From: Lingula anatina
Taxonomy: Eukaryota > Animalia > Brachiopoda
Assembly: GCA_051362555.1 (NCBI GenBank)
Contig: CM120643.1
Span: forward strand, 3,596,001 to 3,660,000
DNA length: 64,000 nt
Reading direction: 5' to 3'
Positions 52,618-64,000 of the stretch are shown here, in pieces. Positions within the stretch are counted from its first letter, which is position 1, and each line of letters starts with the position of its first letter. Below the pieces are notes generated by a model. It had not been told where the DNA came from. It saw only the letters and a program-made list of their open reading frames with translations, and did not search any database. The position numbers and the translations under genes were made by a program.

Positions 52618-54129
52618 TAGAAAGAGAGAGAGAGACGCTTTTCCTGCATTAACATTACACTGTAAATGGGCACAAAGCTTAATTTTTTTCCAGTGAAAAA
52701 GGTAATTTTTGTGTAATCTGTGTTGACGATATATTGTTTACGGCTTCATTTGCCTTTCATATCGTTATTTTTCTACTGGTTATATCAATATAATAAAGTT
52801 CAGTGTCCTGATTCCACCCTCCTTCGATTTCTGAAAAAAATAAAAACACTATTGAAATTAGAATTTTGACCAGCTGAATTATAGTTCTAAACCGTATCAA
52901 ATGACACCGTTCGCTCTCTGAAATAGCAAAATATTTCAATGAGGGTGGAGGAGGGGGTAGATTAATAAGAGGCTTAGCTTCGCATCCGCGGCCTGTCAAT
53001 CCTAAAACTAGTGGAAGCAAGTTCATGCTTTGTCCTTTCGAGAAACAAATGATCATCAACTTCTCACATTGCAATTTAGAATTTTACATAGAATTTATTT
53101 CACGAATTCGATGCTTTTTAAATATAATATGTTAGGACATGAGTGATGCACTTTCTGTAATGACCCAAAAGAAACTTTATTACATATTTTCTGGGATTGT
53201 ACACATGGTCAAGCTATTAGGACTTATCTCATTCAGAACCTACGTACACAGTACTCTGTTGAATTACAACAACAACCTTGCCTGTTTATATTTGGAATCC
53301 TGGACGACAGCCCTCTCTTAGTTATTAATCTACTACTTCTTTATATATAGAAATATTAAACTCTATGTAGACAGAATAAAATTACACCTCTCTGGAATGC
53401 TGCAAAAAGTATTTGGAAAAGCAAAAGAAAATAGATTTTCAGTCTTTATACCTACTGGGTCCTCAAAAGGCAGATGATCTAAGAAAAAATGGGAATGTGT
53501 AGAAAAAATATTTATATGAATAGGAAAGAACATTTGTCATGGCCTAGGCCTACTAAGATTCCTTTATTTAAAAAAATTCTACATGTATTTTTTAATCATT
53601 TGTAAGAACTTTTTTTGCAGTGTGTGAATGGTGGAAGGTGTCTTTGTCTCTCATTGTGTTGTAATTTTCGTGAATAAAAAAAAAATAAAAAAAAAATTTT
53701 AAGAATAAAAAAAAATTAAAAAAACTATTCTTTAATAGCTACAAGTAATTTTTGTTGTTTATTCTAAATAATGCTTGTAAAAATGAAGACCCGGACACAA
53801 AACACAGACTTCTTTCAGGTTGTTTTACTTCAAGTGTAGCATAGTTGGTGCCTAAGATAAAGCCCCCCCTCCCTCCCCCCCCTCCCAATTGCCTGTATAA
53901 TTCTCCCATTCGATTATCGATTTTTTCTTGTGTGGAACATTTTAGGGGGAAGATGTTGAGAAAAAGTTATCAAGTTACCAAAAAATATTTGACAATAATG
54001 AAGTTACTGAAAGCAAAGTATATTGCAATATTTTAGAAAGTTAAAAAAAAAGAACCTCAATTATTTAATTTTACAGCGTACAACTTTGCAGATATTATGA
54101 GACCTTTCTATTTCATCTGCCTCTCCCTA

Positions 54130-54468
54130 AAATGGCGCTGACCGCGTTAACTCTTCAGCTCCCGGGAAACGCAGAGAATCCAGCGCGTTGTGGCAGCATG
54201 AGAACTGGCAACGATACGTACACATAGGACCGGGGTGGGTTAGGAGGGGGTTAATCCCCCCCCCCCCCCCCCTCACGCGGGGAGAGTATGTGATGAACTA
54301 ACATTGTAAACTTTCGCTCCATGGCGTAAATAAAGAAGAAGAACTATGTGCTTGCAGCACTATTTCTACCCAGCATCCCAAGTCTCTATTTGAGAACAAT
54401 GAGTGGGTCACTCGTAGTGGACAGTGGTCAACAAGTCACGAAGACAGCACTGCCATGGGGACACTCAG
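54130..54468 (+). other. Putative promoter and first exon of a second plus-strand transcription unit
   Basis: CpG-enriched island, AAAATGGCG (YY1-like), CCATGGCG at 54321, strong donor CAG|GTAAGC. Confidence 0.45.
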
Positions 54469-55104
54469 GTAAGCTGGCCATTAGTGATGGGGTCATCAGT
54501 TGACCCCAATACAGAGGTCACTGTCAGTGTCATATTTGCATTTTCATAGATTTTAAGTTTGTATATATCATAATCAGTAATTACCAGTGCATATAAAAAC
54601 CATTGAGAGCAGAGGGATGAGTTAGCCTTTTTTCACCACTCAATTTACCATTTTTTGACATTTTGATTTGTTCAAGTATATGTAGATTTATTATTATTAT
54701 GATGATGATGATGATGCTAGAATTTCATTTGTTGACTAACTGTTACAGAATGTTGCCAGTGTTAGGTGGACTGTTGTGTCCAGTTGATAACAACTTAAAA
54801 TTTTGAAATGACACTCTTTGAATAGGGAGAGAAGAGGGATTGTAGAAATTCACCAGGTTAGGTGATTAACAACAATTTGTAGAATTTTACAATTTATAGT
54901 GAAAGAAAGACAAATGGAGTAAAATGTGAATAATGATTTTTTTGCAAATTTATTACTTGACATGCAATTGACATATTTGTAATGGAGATTAAGAACTAAT
55001 TTGACATTTGTTGAAGCTGAGGGAGCCAAGAAACAAAAAAAAAAGGATTTTGGTTATGATCCATTTCTTCATAATTAGTTAATGAAGAAAATAAATTAAT
55101 AATA

Positions 55105-55109
55105 AAGAG

Positions 55110-55155
<46 letters not shown>

Positions 55156-55240
55156 ACAGCAAAGAAAGAAAGAGAGCCAAAGAGAGAGAGAGAGAGAGGA
55201 GAGAGAAAGTTTCTGAGTGTGTGTTTGAGAGAGAATCAGT
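55105..55240. repeat. (GA)n-rich tract
   Basis: Directly visible. Confidence 0.9.
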
Positions 55241-55242
55241 GA

Positions 55243-56200
55243 GAGTACATTCAGAACAGCAGACTAGATCCACAGAGTACATTCAGAACAGTAGACTTGA
55301 TCCACAGAGTACATTCAGAACAGTAGTCTAGATCCACAGAGCACATTCAAAACAGTAGACTAGATCCACAGAACACATTCAGAACAGTAGACTTGATCCA
55401 CAGAGTACATTCAGAACAGTAGTCTAGATCCACAGAGCACATTCAAAACAGTAGACTAGATCCACAGAGTACATTCAGAACAGTAGACTAGATCCACAGA
55501 ACACATTCAGAACAGTAGACTAGATCCACAGAGTACATTCAGAACAGTAGATTAGATCCACAGAACACATTCAGAACAGTAGACTTGATCCACAGAGTAC
55601 ATTCAGAACAGTAGTCTAGATCCACAGAGCACATTCAAAACAGTAGACTAGATCCACAGAGTACATTCAGAACAGTAGATTAGATCCACAGAACACATTC
55701 AGAACAGTAGACTTGATCCACAGAGTACATTCAGAACAGTAGTCTAGATCCACAGAGCACATTCAAAACAGTAGACTAGATCCACAGAGTACATTCAGAA
55801 CAGTAGACTAGATCCACAGAACACATTCAGAACAGTAGACTAGATCCACAGAGTACATTCAGAACAGTAGATTAGATCCACAGAGCACATTCAGAACAGT
55901 AGACTAGATCCACAGAGTACATTCAGAACAGTAGATTAGATCCACAGAGCACATTCAGAACATTAGACTAGATCCACAGAGCACATTCAGAACAGTAGAC
56001 TAGATCCACAGAGCACATTCAGAACAGTAGACTAGATCCACAGAGCACATTCAGAACAGCAGACTAGATCCACAGAGTACATTCAGAACAGTAGATTAGA
56101 TCCACAGAACACATTCAGAACAGTAGACTAGATCCACAGAGCACATTCAGAACAGTAGACTAGATCCACAGAGTACATTCAGAACAGTAGAGTAGATCCA
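55243..56200. repeat. 32-bp minisatellite, ~30 copies
   Basis: Unit CAGAGTACATTCAGAACAGTAGACTAGATCCA. Confidence 0.97.
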
Positions 56201-56707
56201 GTAGTTAATCCTGTAGTTCTTACATCAGGACGATAGGATGTTGTTAATACTGTTGTTCTTACATCAGGACCATAGGATGTTGTTAATACTGTTGTTCTTA
56301 CATCAGGACCATAGGATGTAGTTAATCCTGTTGTTCTTACAACAGGACCATAGGATGTAGTTAATACTGTTGTTCTTACATCAGGACCATAGGATGTAGT
56401 TAATCCTGTAGTTCTTACATCAGGACCATAGGATGTAGTTAATCCTGTTGTTCTTACAACAGGACCATAGGATGTAGTTAATACTGTTGTTCTTACAACA
56501 GGACCATAGGATGTAGTTAATCCTGTTGTTCTTACAACAGGACCATAGGATGTAGTTAATCCTGTAGTTCTTACATCAGGACCATAGGATGTAGTTAATC
56601 CTGTTGTTCTTACAACAGGACCATAGGATGTAGTTAATCCTGTAGTTCTTACATCAGGACCATAGGGTGTAGTTAATCCTGTTGTTCTTACATCAGGACT
56701 ATAAGAT
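56201..56707. repeat. 39-bp minisatellite, 13 copies
   Basis: Unit GTAGTTAATCCTGTTGTTCTTACATCAGGACCATAGGAT. Confidence 0.97.
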
Positions 56708-56994
56708 GCAGGACAAGAGGGGGGTGTCTCTTCTGTTTTTAAAACAAGGTTGTTTTGAGGCTTTTAATAGGTTATTTAACTACCAATAATTGTACAGTGA
56801 CAAAAGGTATCTTAATTTACTGGGTATTCTACTTATTAAATAACTGAAATGGATATTCTCTTGCAAATTACAATGTCTATAACTTTTGCTTTATCTACAT
56901 TCTTTGCTCATATTATTTGGTAACATTTGAGAATAAGTTTACTTCAGGGATGAGATGTGCCCAAGAAGACATTCACACCTGGAAAGCAGAAGCT

Positions 56995-57133
56995 TGGATT
57001 TTTATTTCATGTTCTCCTCCATTGTATCACACTTAGTTTTTCTACTATGATCTGAAACTGCAGTGGATTTTTATTTCATGTTCTCCTCCATTGTATCACA
57101 CTTAGTTTTTCTACTATGATCTGATACTGCAGT
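56995..57133. repeat. 69-bp tandem duplication
   Basis: GGATTTTTATTTCATGTTCTCC at 56996 and 57065. Confidence 0.92.
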
Positions 57134-57359
57134 AACTTCTTTACAGTCTACCAAAGTACAGCATTTGATACAATAGAAATCCTGAGGCAAGATGGAGATG
57201 CAGTGTGCCTCCATGCATCAATTCAAATAAATAACACACATTTTGTTGGTTCTGTGAATACATTCATTTTGATTCTCCAGACTTTGTCTGCAGTGAAAAT
57301 TTGTAGATATTATTCTGAGCAAAGTCTGGCAGTTAAAATTACTGTATACACAGTAATAA

Positions 57360-57526
57360 CAGGCCCGTAGCCAGCAATTTCAAAAGGGGGGTTCTTTTTC
57401 TGAAAAAGTGGACCTTTTCCCATAAAACCTTCATGTACCTAGAACAAATTTTACCCAGAGTGGACCTTTTCCCAGCAAAAGGGGCGGTTCTTTCGAACCC
57501 CCCGAACCCCCCTGGCTACAGGCCTG
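57360..57526. mobile_element. MITE with 15-bp TIR
   Basis: CAGGCCCGTAGCCAG / CTGGCTACAGGCCTG (14 of 15 match), flanked by AATAA on both sides. Confidence 0.8.
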
Positions 57527-57826
57527 AATAAAATTTAAGCAATTGGAAATTATATAAAATTAAATTATATATATAATATATCACTGTCACTATTGACACT
57601 CCAAGGTTGACAAGTCAGTAATATTTATGACTAGTGTATTCATTTTTAAAGTACTTGAAATTCTTTTAAAAGTACCTGTTACTCTTTTTAAAGACTTCTT
57701 TTCAAAATTAAAATGTTATTTATGAATGCCATAATTTCCATAGTTTTGGTAATTGAGTTGCATGCCCTTATAAATGAAAGTGGCATATATCAATTTCATT
57801 ATATATCTAATCTTTATTTTTTGCAG

Positions 57827-57905
57827 TTATGCCTATTAAAATGACTGATATGGAAGGTGGTGGCTTCCAACTGGACAATGTTATTGTGGATAACCTGAGT
57901 AAATG
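57827..57905 (+). other. Putative exon 2 of the 54-kb unit (V-MPIKMTDMEGGGFQLDNVIVDNLSK)
   Basis: Branch CTAAT, TCTTTATTTTTTGCAG| and |GTAAGT; open in the phase set by the 54468 donor. Confidence 0.55.
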
Positions 57906-57926
57906 GTAAGTGTTCCCAAGTTTTAC

Positions 57927-58290
57927 TAAAGGAAGAAGAACTGTTTATTTTGGCCAAAAAGAAATTTTCCGGGGGTAAAAGATGGTTTTCTCTACTTACC
58001 ATTGGTTAATGTATCCATTCTGACATTCAAAGTTTGTGCAATAGCTCTTCTTAAAAAGTTTATTTTATTGTTTTAATACATTTAAAGGGATACCAACTGT
58101 CAGTTTGAGAATCATATTATTACATAAGTGATTATTACTGTTACAGTAAATCAAACGTTTAAAGAAAAAATCCTGGGCTAATTTTAAATGTTGGAACAGA
58201 TTCATAAACCATTGGTAAGTATGGGAAAATCATCGTTTACCACAAGAAAAAAATTTTTTTGACCAAAATGAACAGTTGTTCTCCCTTCAA
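57927..58290. mobile_element. Long-armed palindromic MITE related to the Kolobok-like element
   Basis: Both arms resemble 49678-49815, in opposite orientations. Confidence 0.65.
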
Positions 58291-58519
58291 GTGATTATTA
58301 CAGAAGTATATCAATCTTTGAAGACCCACATTTGGTCCACATTGCTTCTTCAATTCGATTCAATTCATTTCATAAAATCTACATGACATTTTCCAGGTGA
58401 TTTTGAAGTATACCTTATGGTGATGATGAACAAGACTGGATGGCTTCTTGCATTGTCCAGTTGAAGTGGTTAAGTTTAGTTTCTTGTAATTATGCCCTGA
58501 CCTCAGTAACTGTCAATCA

Positions 58520-59600
58520 TTTTTATGTACAGACACAGATGTGTCTGTACATATTGCCACCACCTGCGTCTGTTGTCGCCGGTGCCGTCGCTGTGCACTT
58601 TCAGCGTAAACACGATAAGTGGAAGACAGTTTTACTTTTTGGCTTTATATTTACAAAGCTGATGAATATAGGTCAAGTTCAAAAATCAGCATGATCGGGC
58701 CATTATTGTAGAAGTTATGCTGTTTTTTTCACTTTTCAGCATATATGCAGCACTGTAAACACATTTCAAGGAAAACCGATAGGCTTGTTGTCATGAAACT
58801 CACAGGAGTAACCAATCGTACTAAAACGCAGGTCAAGTTTGAAAATCGGCATGATCGAGCCACTATTTTAGTAGTTATGCTGTTTATTCACTTTTTTCAC
58901 TTTTCAGCATATATGCAGCACTGTAAACACAATATAAGAAAAACAGATAAGCCAATTGTCATGAAACTCAAAGGAGTGGCCAATCTTACTAAAACGCAGG
59001 TTGAGTTCGAAAACCAGCATAATCGGGCCATTTTTTACCTAACTATCAAATGGAAAAGCTACAATCAATTCAGCACTCTGCTGCTCGTCTCCTCTGTAAA
59101 GCTCAGAAGTCCAACCACATCACACCAATTCTGCGAAACCTCCACTGGCTACCCGTGTCTCAACGAAAAGTTTTTAAAATATTACTTTTGACTTTTAAGA
59201 TTTTAAAGGGCGACTGTCCATTTTACTTTAACTCTACCATAGAACTTTTAACTCCTATCAGATCACTTGGATCTAGTGGACAACTTCAACTTAAGCGAAA
59301 AGACACCAAAAAGACTCTTAAAACATATGGACACAGAAGTTTCGAGATTTATGCACCAATTTTATGGTCTAATTTTATCACAAGATCTAATGTGTCTCTG
59401 AATGACTCATATTACTGTTTTAAGAAAAATTTAAAAACTTTTTTTATTTAAAGAATACTTTAATTTATAGCATCTTTTGAGTTTTTAAAATTTTTAAGAA
59501 TTCTGTTTTTAGTCTATACTGGCTTTAATTTATCTGTGGAGTTTTTATTTTTTATGTAAACAGCGCTGAGACGCATGTGTAGCGCGGTTTTAAAGAAGTG

Positions 59601-59637
<37 letters not shown>

Positions 59638-61314
59638 TTAGAAGTTATGCTGTTTTTTCACATTTCCTCAGATTCAGTTCTTAGGCATGTTAACAGTCTC
59701 ATTATTTAACTAATAAGATACGTAAAAGTGTTTGTTTGACATTTCCTGCATCTTTACGACATTGTTGGTTGATTATGTAAAAATGTTGATTATATAAAAA
59801 TGGTAAACTTGTTATCATGTATTGTGTAATAAAGTTTCAAAAATGGAAATAAACTCATATCATTGCAGTTTGTCAGATTCAATCATTCACTATATGTTCA
59901 GAATCCAGAATCTCAGAATGGAGGAATTTGGACATTTAACACTGTTCTATTGATATTTTTCCCATCTCATCAATTTTCTTGGTTGATCATATAAAAATGG
60001 CAGTAAACTGTTCATTTTTTTTTATGTTAAAAAATTGTTAAAATGGAAAAAAAAAAAAACATTTCAGAACAGTGCTGTCTTGTTTACATTTTGGCATTTT
60101 CAAGGTGTGACTTTGAAGTTCCATGGGCCTGAAGACCTTTGCTAGTCACATTTTCTGAATATCCATGATACTAGTATTTTATTATTAAAAATTGATGGTC
60201 ATTATGCTGTTAAACATTATGTAATATTGCATCAAAATTTGAAGAAAAACTATTTTGGGCACTGCTCCCATGATGACCATTTAAGGAAAACCATGTCACT
60301 TGCTGTTCTCAAACTTACAGGAAAGAAACACAGGACTAAAATACAGCTTCAGTAGGTGATGCAGTCTGTTTGGTAATTCTTTCTGGCAGTTAAACAGTTT
60401 TTTGCGAAAATTTAATTTTTCACATATTGGCATTTTCAAGGTGTGACTTTGACGTTCCATGGTCCTGAAGACCTTTGCTAGTCACATTTTCTGAATATCC
60501 ATGATACTAATATTTTATTATTTAAAATTGATGGTCATTATGCTGTTAAACATTATGTAATGTTGCATCAAAATTTCAAGAAACCCCTATATTGGGCACT
60601 GCTCCCATGATGACCATTATGGGAAAACCATGTTACTTATGATTGTCAAACTTTCAAAAAAGAAACACAGGAGTAAAATGCAGCCCGAGTTGGAAAAGCA
60701 GTCTAATTGGCTTCTTTTTCTGGAAGTTATACATTTTAGTGAAATATTCATTTTTATTGTGTTGGCATATTTATTGTGGGACTCAGAGCTTCCATGGACA
60801 TGAAGCCGGATGGTAATCAAATTTTCTACATGTCCATGCTATTTATAGTCAATAATCAAAAATTGGTGATAATTATTCTGTAATTTATTATGTAATGTTA
60901 CATCAAAATTGACAAAAATCTTTTTGCACTGCTACTACAAACATTAGGAAAAGAAAACTGTGTTACTTATTATTATTTTTAACTTGCAAGTATGATTTTT
61001 AGGATTGGTTCAAATTAGAAAGCCAGCTCAATTGGGTAATCATTTATTATTGAATTTATGCAATTTTGTGTGAAATTTTCATTTTTCTCATTCTGGTATT
61101 TTCAAAGTGTGAACTTGAACTCCCATCGGCCTGAAGCCTTATGCTTGTTACACATATTACTTACATTGTATTACCTGTTGAGCATAATTAAAATTTGATG
61201 TTGAATTTGCAGTTAAGCATAATGTAATTTTGCATCAGAATTGACAGTAGCCTATTTTGTGCATTGTTATTGTCTGCTTTTTGTCTGTACATTTGACAGC
61301 TTTGCTGCCTTGTT
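58520..61314 (+). mobile_element. Full-length HINE1a containing a LINE insertion
   Basis: Both HINE1 termini present; three ~160-bp units; two ~336-bp units; extra module near 60740-61090. Confidence 0.9.
59037..59636 (+). mobile_element. 5'-truncated L2 LINE
   Basis: ORF KLQSIQHSAARL...HITPILRNLHWLPV...YGHRSF..YAP.LW; GCGCT..AGCGC stem and (ATT)n tail; HINE1 sequence continues on both sides. Confidence 0.92.
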
Positions 61315-61324
61315 ATCATATGAA

Positions 61325-61740
61325 AACCTGGGCTTTCATGGTGATTTTCAGTTTTCTGAAATATATTGTCCAAAGAAAATACTTTTCATTAAACACAGTC
61401 AGCTTATCAACTTATCACAGAATTTTATTTGTACAAATTTGTATAAATTTCAGAAATATTGGACAAGGTTTGACAAAATTATTAATGTTTAACTATTTTA
61501 AGTAATAGGGTTTGTCAGTCTTTTCAATGTAATTTTCAGTTTTCCCAAATATATTGTCCCCAAAAAAAAAAAAAAACACTTTTCATCAGACACAGTCATC
61601 TGCTCAGCTTATCTCAGATTTTTATTGTTGTAAAGCATCATTTGTATAAATTTCAGAAACACTGGACGAGATTTGACAAAATTATTAATGCTTTACTATT
61701 TTAAGCCATTGAGTTTGCCAGTCTTTTCAATGTAATTTTT
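61325..61740. repeat. Two diverged monomers of the 194-bp satellite
   Basis: Collinear match to the 1-10430 monomer (ACTTTTCATTA.ACACAGTCA, TTTGACAAAATTATTAATG, CAGTCTTTTCAATGTAA). Confidence 0.92.
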
Positions 61741-64000
61741 ATGTACAGACACAGATGTGTCTGTACATATAGCCATCATCTGCGTCTGTCGTCGCCGTCG
61801 TCGCCGTCGGCGCCGTCGGCGCCGTCGTGCACTTTTACCGATAACACGATAAGTGGAACACCGTTTTTGCTTTTGGCTTGAAACTTACAGAACTGGTGAA
61901 TATTCCTAATACGCAGGTCAAGTTCGAAAATCAGCATGATCGGGCCATTTTTAGGGAAGTTATGCTGTTTTTTCACTTTTTTCAGCATATATGCAGCACC
62001 GATAACACGATAAGTGGAAAACCATTTTACTTTTTGGCTTGAAACTTACAAAACTGATGAATATTCATAATCTGCAAGTCAAGTTCGAAAATCAGCATGA
62101 TCGAGTCATTTTTAGGGCAGTTACGCTGTTTTTTCACTTTTCTTAGCATATATGCAACACCGATAACACGCTAAGTGAAATAACATTTTACCTTTTGGCT
62201 TGAAACTAACAGAACTGATGGATATTCATAATACGCAGGTCAAGTTCGAAAATCAGCATGATCGGGCCTTTATTTTAGAAGTTATGCTGTTTTTTCACAT
62301 TTCCTCAGATTCAATTATTAGGCATGTTAACAGTCTCATTATTTAACTAATAAGATACGTAAAAGTGTTTGTTTGATATTTCCTGCATCTTTACAACATT
62401 GTTAATTGATTGTGTAAAAATGATGGTAAACTTGTTATCGTGTATTGTGTAATAAACTGTCAAAAATGGTAATAAACTCATCATTGCAGTTTGTCAGATT
62501 CAATCATCCACTATGTTCAGAATCTCAGAATGGAGGAAATTGGACATTAAACACTGTTCTATTGATATTTTTCCCATCTCATCAATTTTCTTAGTTGGTC
62601 ATATAAAATGGCAACAAACTGTTTATTTTGTTTTATGTTTAAAAAATGTTAAAAATGGAAATAAACCCATTTCAGAACAGTGCTGTCTTGTTTACATTTT
62701 GGCATTTTTAAGATGTGACTTTGAAATTTCATGAGCCTGCAGACCTTTGCTAATCACATTTTCTGAATATTCATGATACTAATATTTTATGATTAAAAAT
62801 TGATGGTCATTATGCTGTTAAACATTATGTAATATTGCATCAAAACTTAAAGAAACCCCTATTTTGGGCACTGCTCCCATGATGACCATTTAAGAAAAAC
62901 CATGTCACTTACTGTTTTCAAACTTACAGGAAAGAAACATGGGGCTAAAATACAGCTTCAGTAGGCAATGCAGTCTGTTTGGTAATTTTTTTCTGGCAGT
63001 TAAACAGTTTTTTGTGAAAATTTAATTTTTCACATATTGGCATTTTCAAGGTGTGACTTTGAAGTTCCATGAGCCTGCAGACCTTTGCTAGTCACGTTTT
63101 CTGAATGTTCATGTTACTAATATTCTATTATTAAAAATTGATGGTCATTATGCTGTTAAACATTATGTAATATTGCATCAAAATTTGAAGAAACCCCTAT
63201 TTTGGGCACTGCTCCCATGATGACCATTTAAGAAAAACCATGTCACTTACTGTTTTCAAACTTACAGGAAAGAAACATGGGGCTAAAATACAGCTTCAGT
63301 AGGCAATGCAGTCTGTTTGGTAATTTTTTCTGGCAGTTAAACAGTTTTTTGTGAAAATTTAATTTTTCACATATTGGCATTTTCAAGGTGTGACTTTGAA
63401 GTTCCATGATCCTGAAGACCTTTGCTTGTCACGTTTTCTGAATGTCCATGTTACTAATATTCTATTATTAAAAATTGATGGTCATTATGCTATTAAGCAT
63501 TATGTAATATTGCATCAAAATAGAAGAAAACACAATTTTTGGTGCTGCTGCTATGATGAGCATTATGGGAAAACCGTGTTATGACTGTCAAACCTTTAAA
63601 AAAGAAACACAGGACTAAAATGCAGAATGAGTTGGAAAAGCAGTCTAATTGGCTTCTTTTTCTGGAAGTTATACATTTGAGTGAAATATTCATTATCTTT
63701 TTGGCATATTCATTGTGGGACTCCGAGCTCCCATGGACATGAAGCCGAATGGTAATCAAATTTTCTACATGTCCATGCTATTTATTGTCAATAATCAAAG
63801 ATTGGTGATAATTATTCTATAATTTATTATGTAATGTTACATCAAAATTGACAACAATATTTTTGCATTGCTACTGCAAACATTATGAAAAGAAAACTGT
63901 GTTACTTATTATTATTATTTTTAACTTACAAGTATGATTTTTAGGATTGGCATGCAGTTCAAATTAGAAAGCCAGGTCAATTGGGTTATCATTTATTATT
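61736..64000 (+). mobile_element. HINE1b, running off the right edge
   Basis: 5' hairpin, GTCGCC microsatellite, three 161-bp units, three ~338-bp units (62701, 63039, 63376). Confidence 0.9.

Noticed and set aside
56180-56740. Stop-free minus frame of (SYGPDVRTTGLTT)x13, mucin-like
   Set aside because: A 39-bp unit easily leaves one of six frames open; no start codon or convincing splice sites
21915-63759. Recurrent 60-150-aa ORFs such as MQHCKH.., MLLKIDGHYA.. and MITIRLHVHG..
   Set aside because: All lie within non-coding HINE1 modules and are not conserved in frame between copies

Overview
AT-rich, repeat-dominated eukaryotic DNA, apparently from an invertebrate metazoan (spliceosomal introns, LINEs, Helentron-type elements); no prokaryotic features or CRISPR. 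One well-supported gene: a spliced FASTK/RAP-domain mitochondrial protein (exons 37706-39659, 40425-40566, probably 44984-44999). Bases 1-10430 are a higher-order satellite of about 35 ~194-bp monomers punctuated by nine ~393-bp units that carry a splice-site-bounded cassette. Its right junction recurs, with only two monomers, at 61325-61740 between two Helentron-associated (HINE/DINE-1-like) elements. Also present: a decayed intron-containing SWIM + Ulp1-protease transposon gene (10891-13077, minus), two HINE families with expandable internal repeats, five 5'-truncated LINEs, a Tc1 relic, several MITEs, a 1.6-kb nested palindrome array, minisatellites, and two tentative spliced transcription units with broken reading frames. 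Everything was read by eye; no searches were run and boundaries may be off by a few bases.
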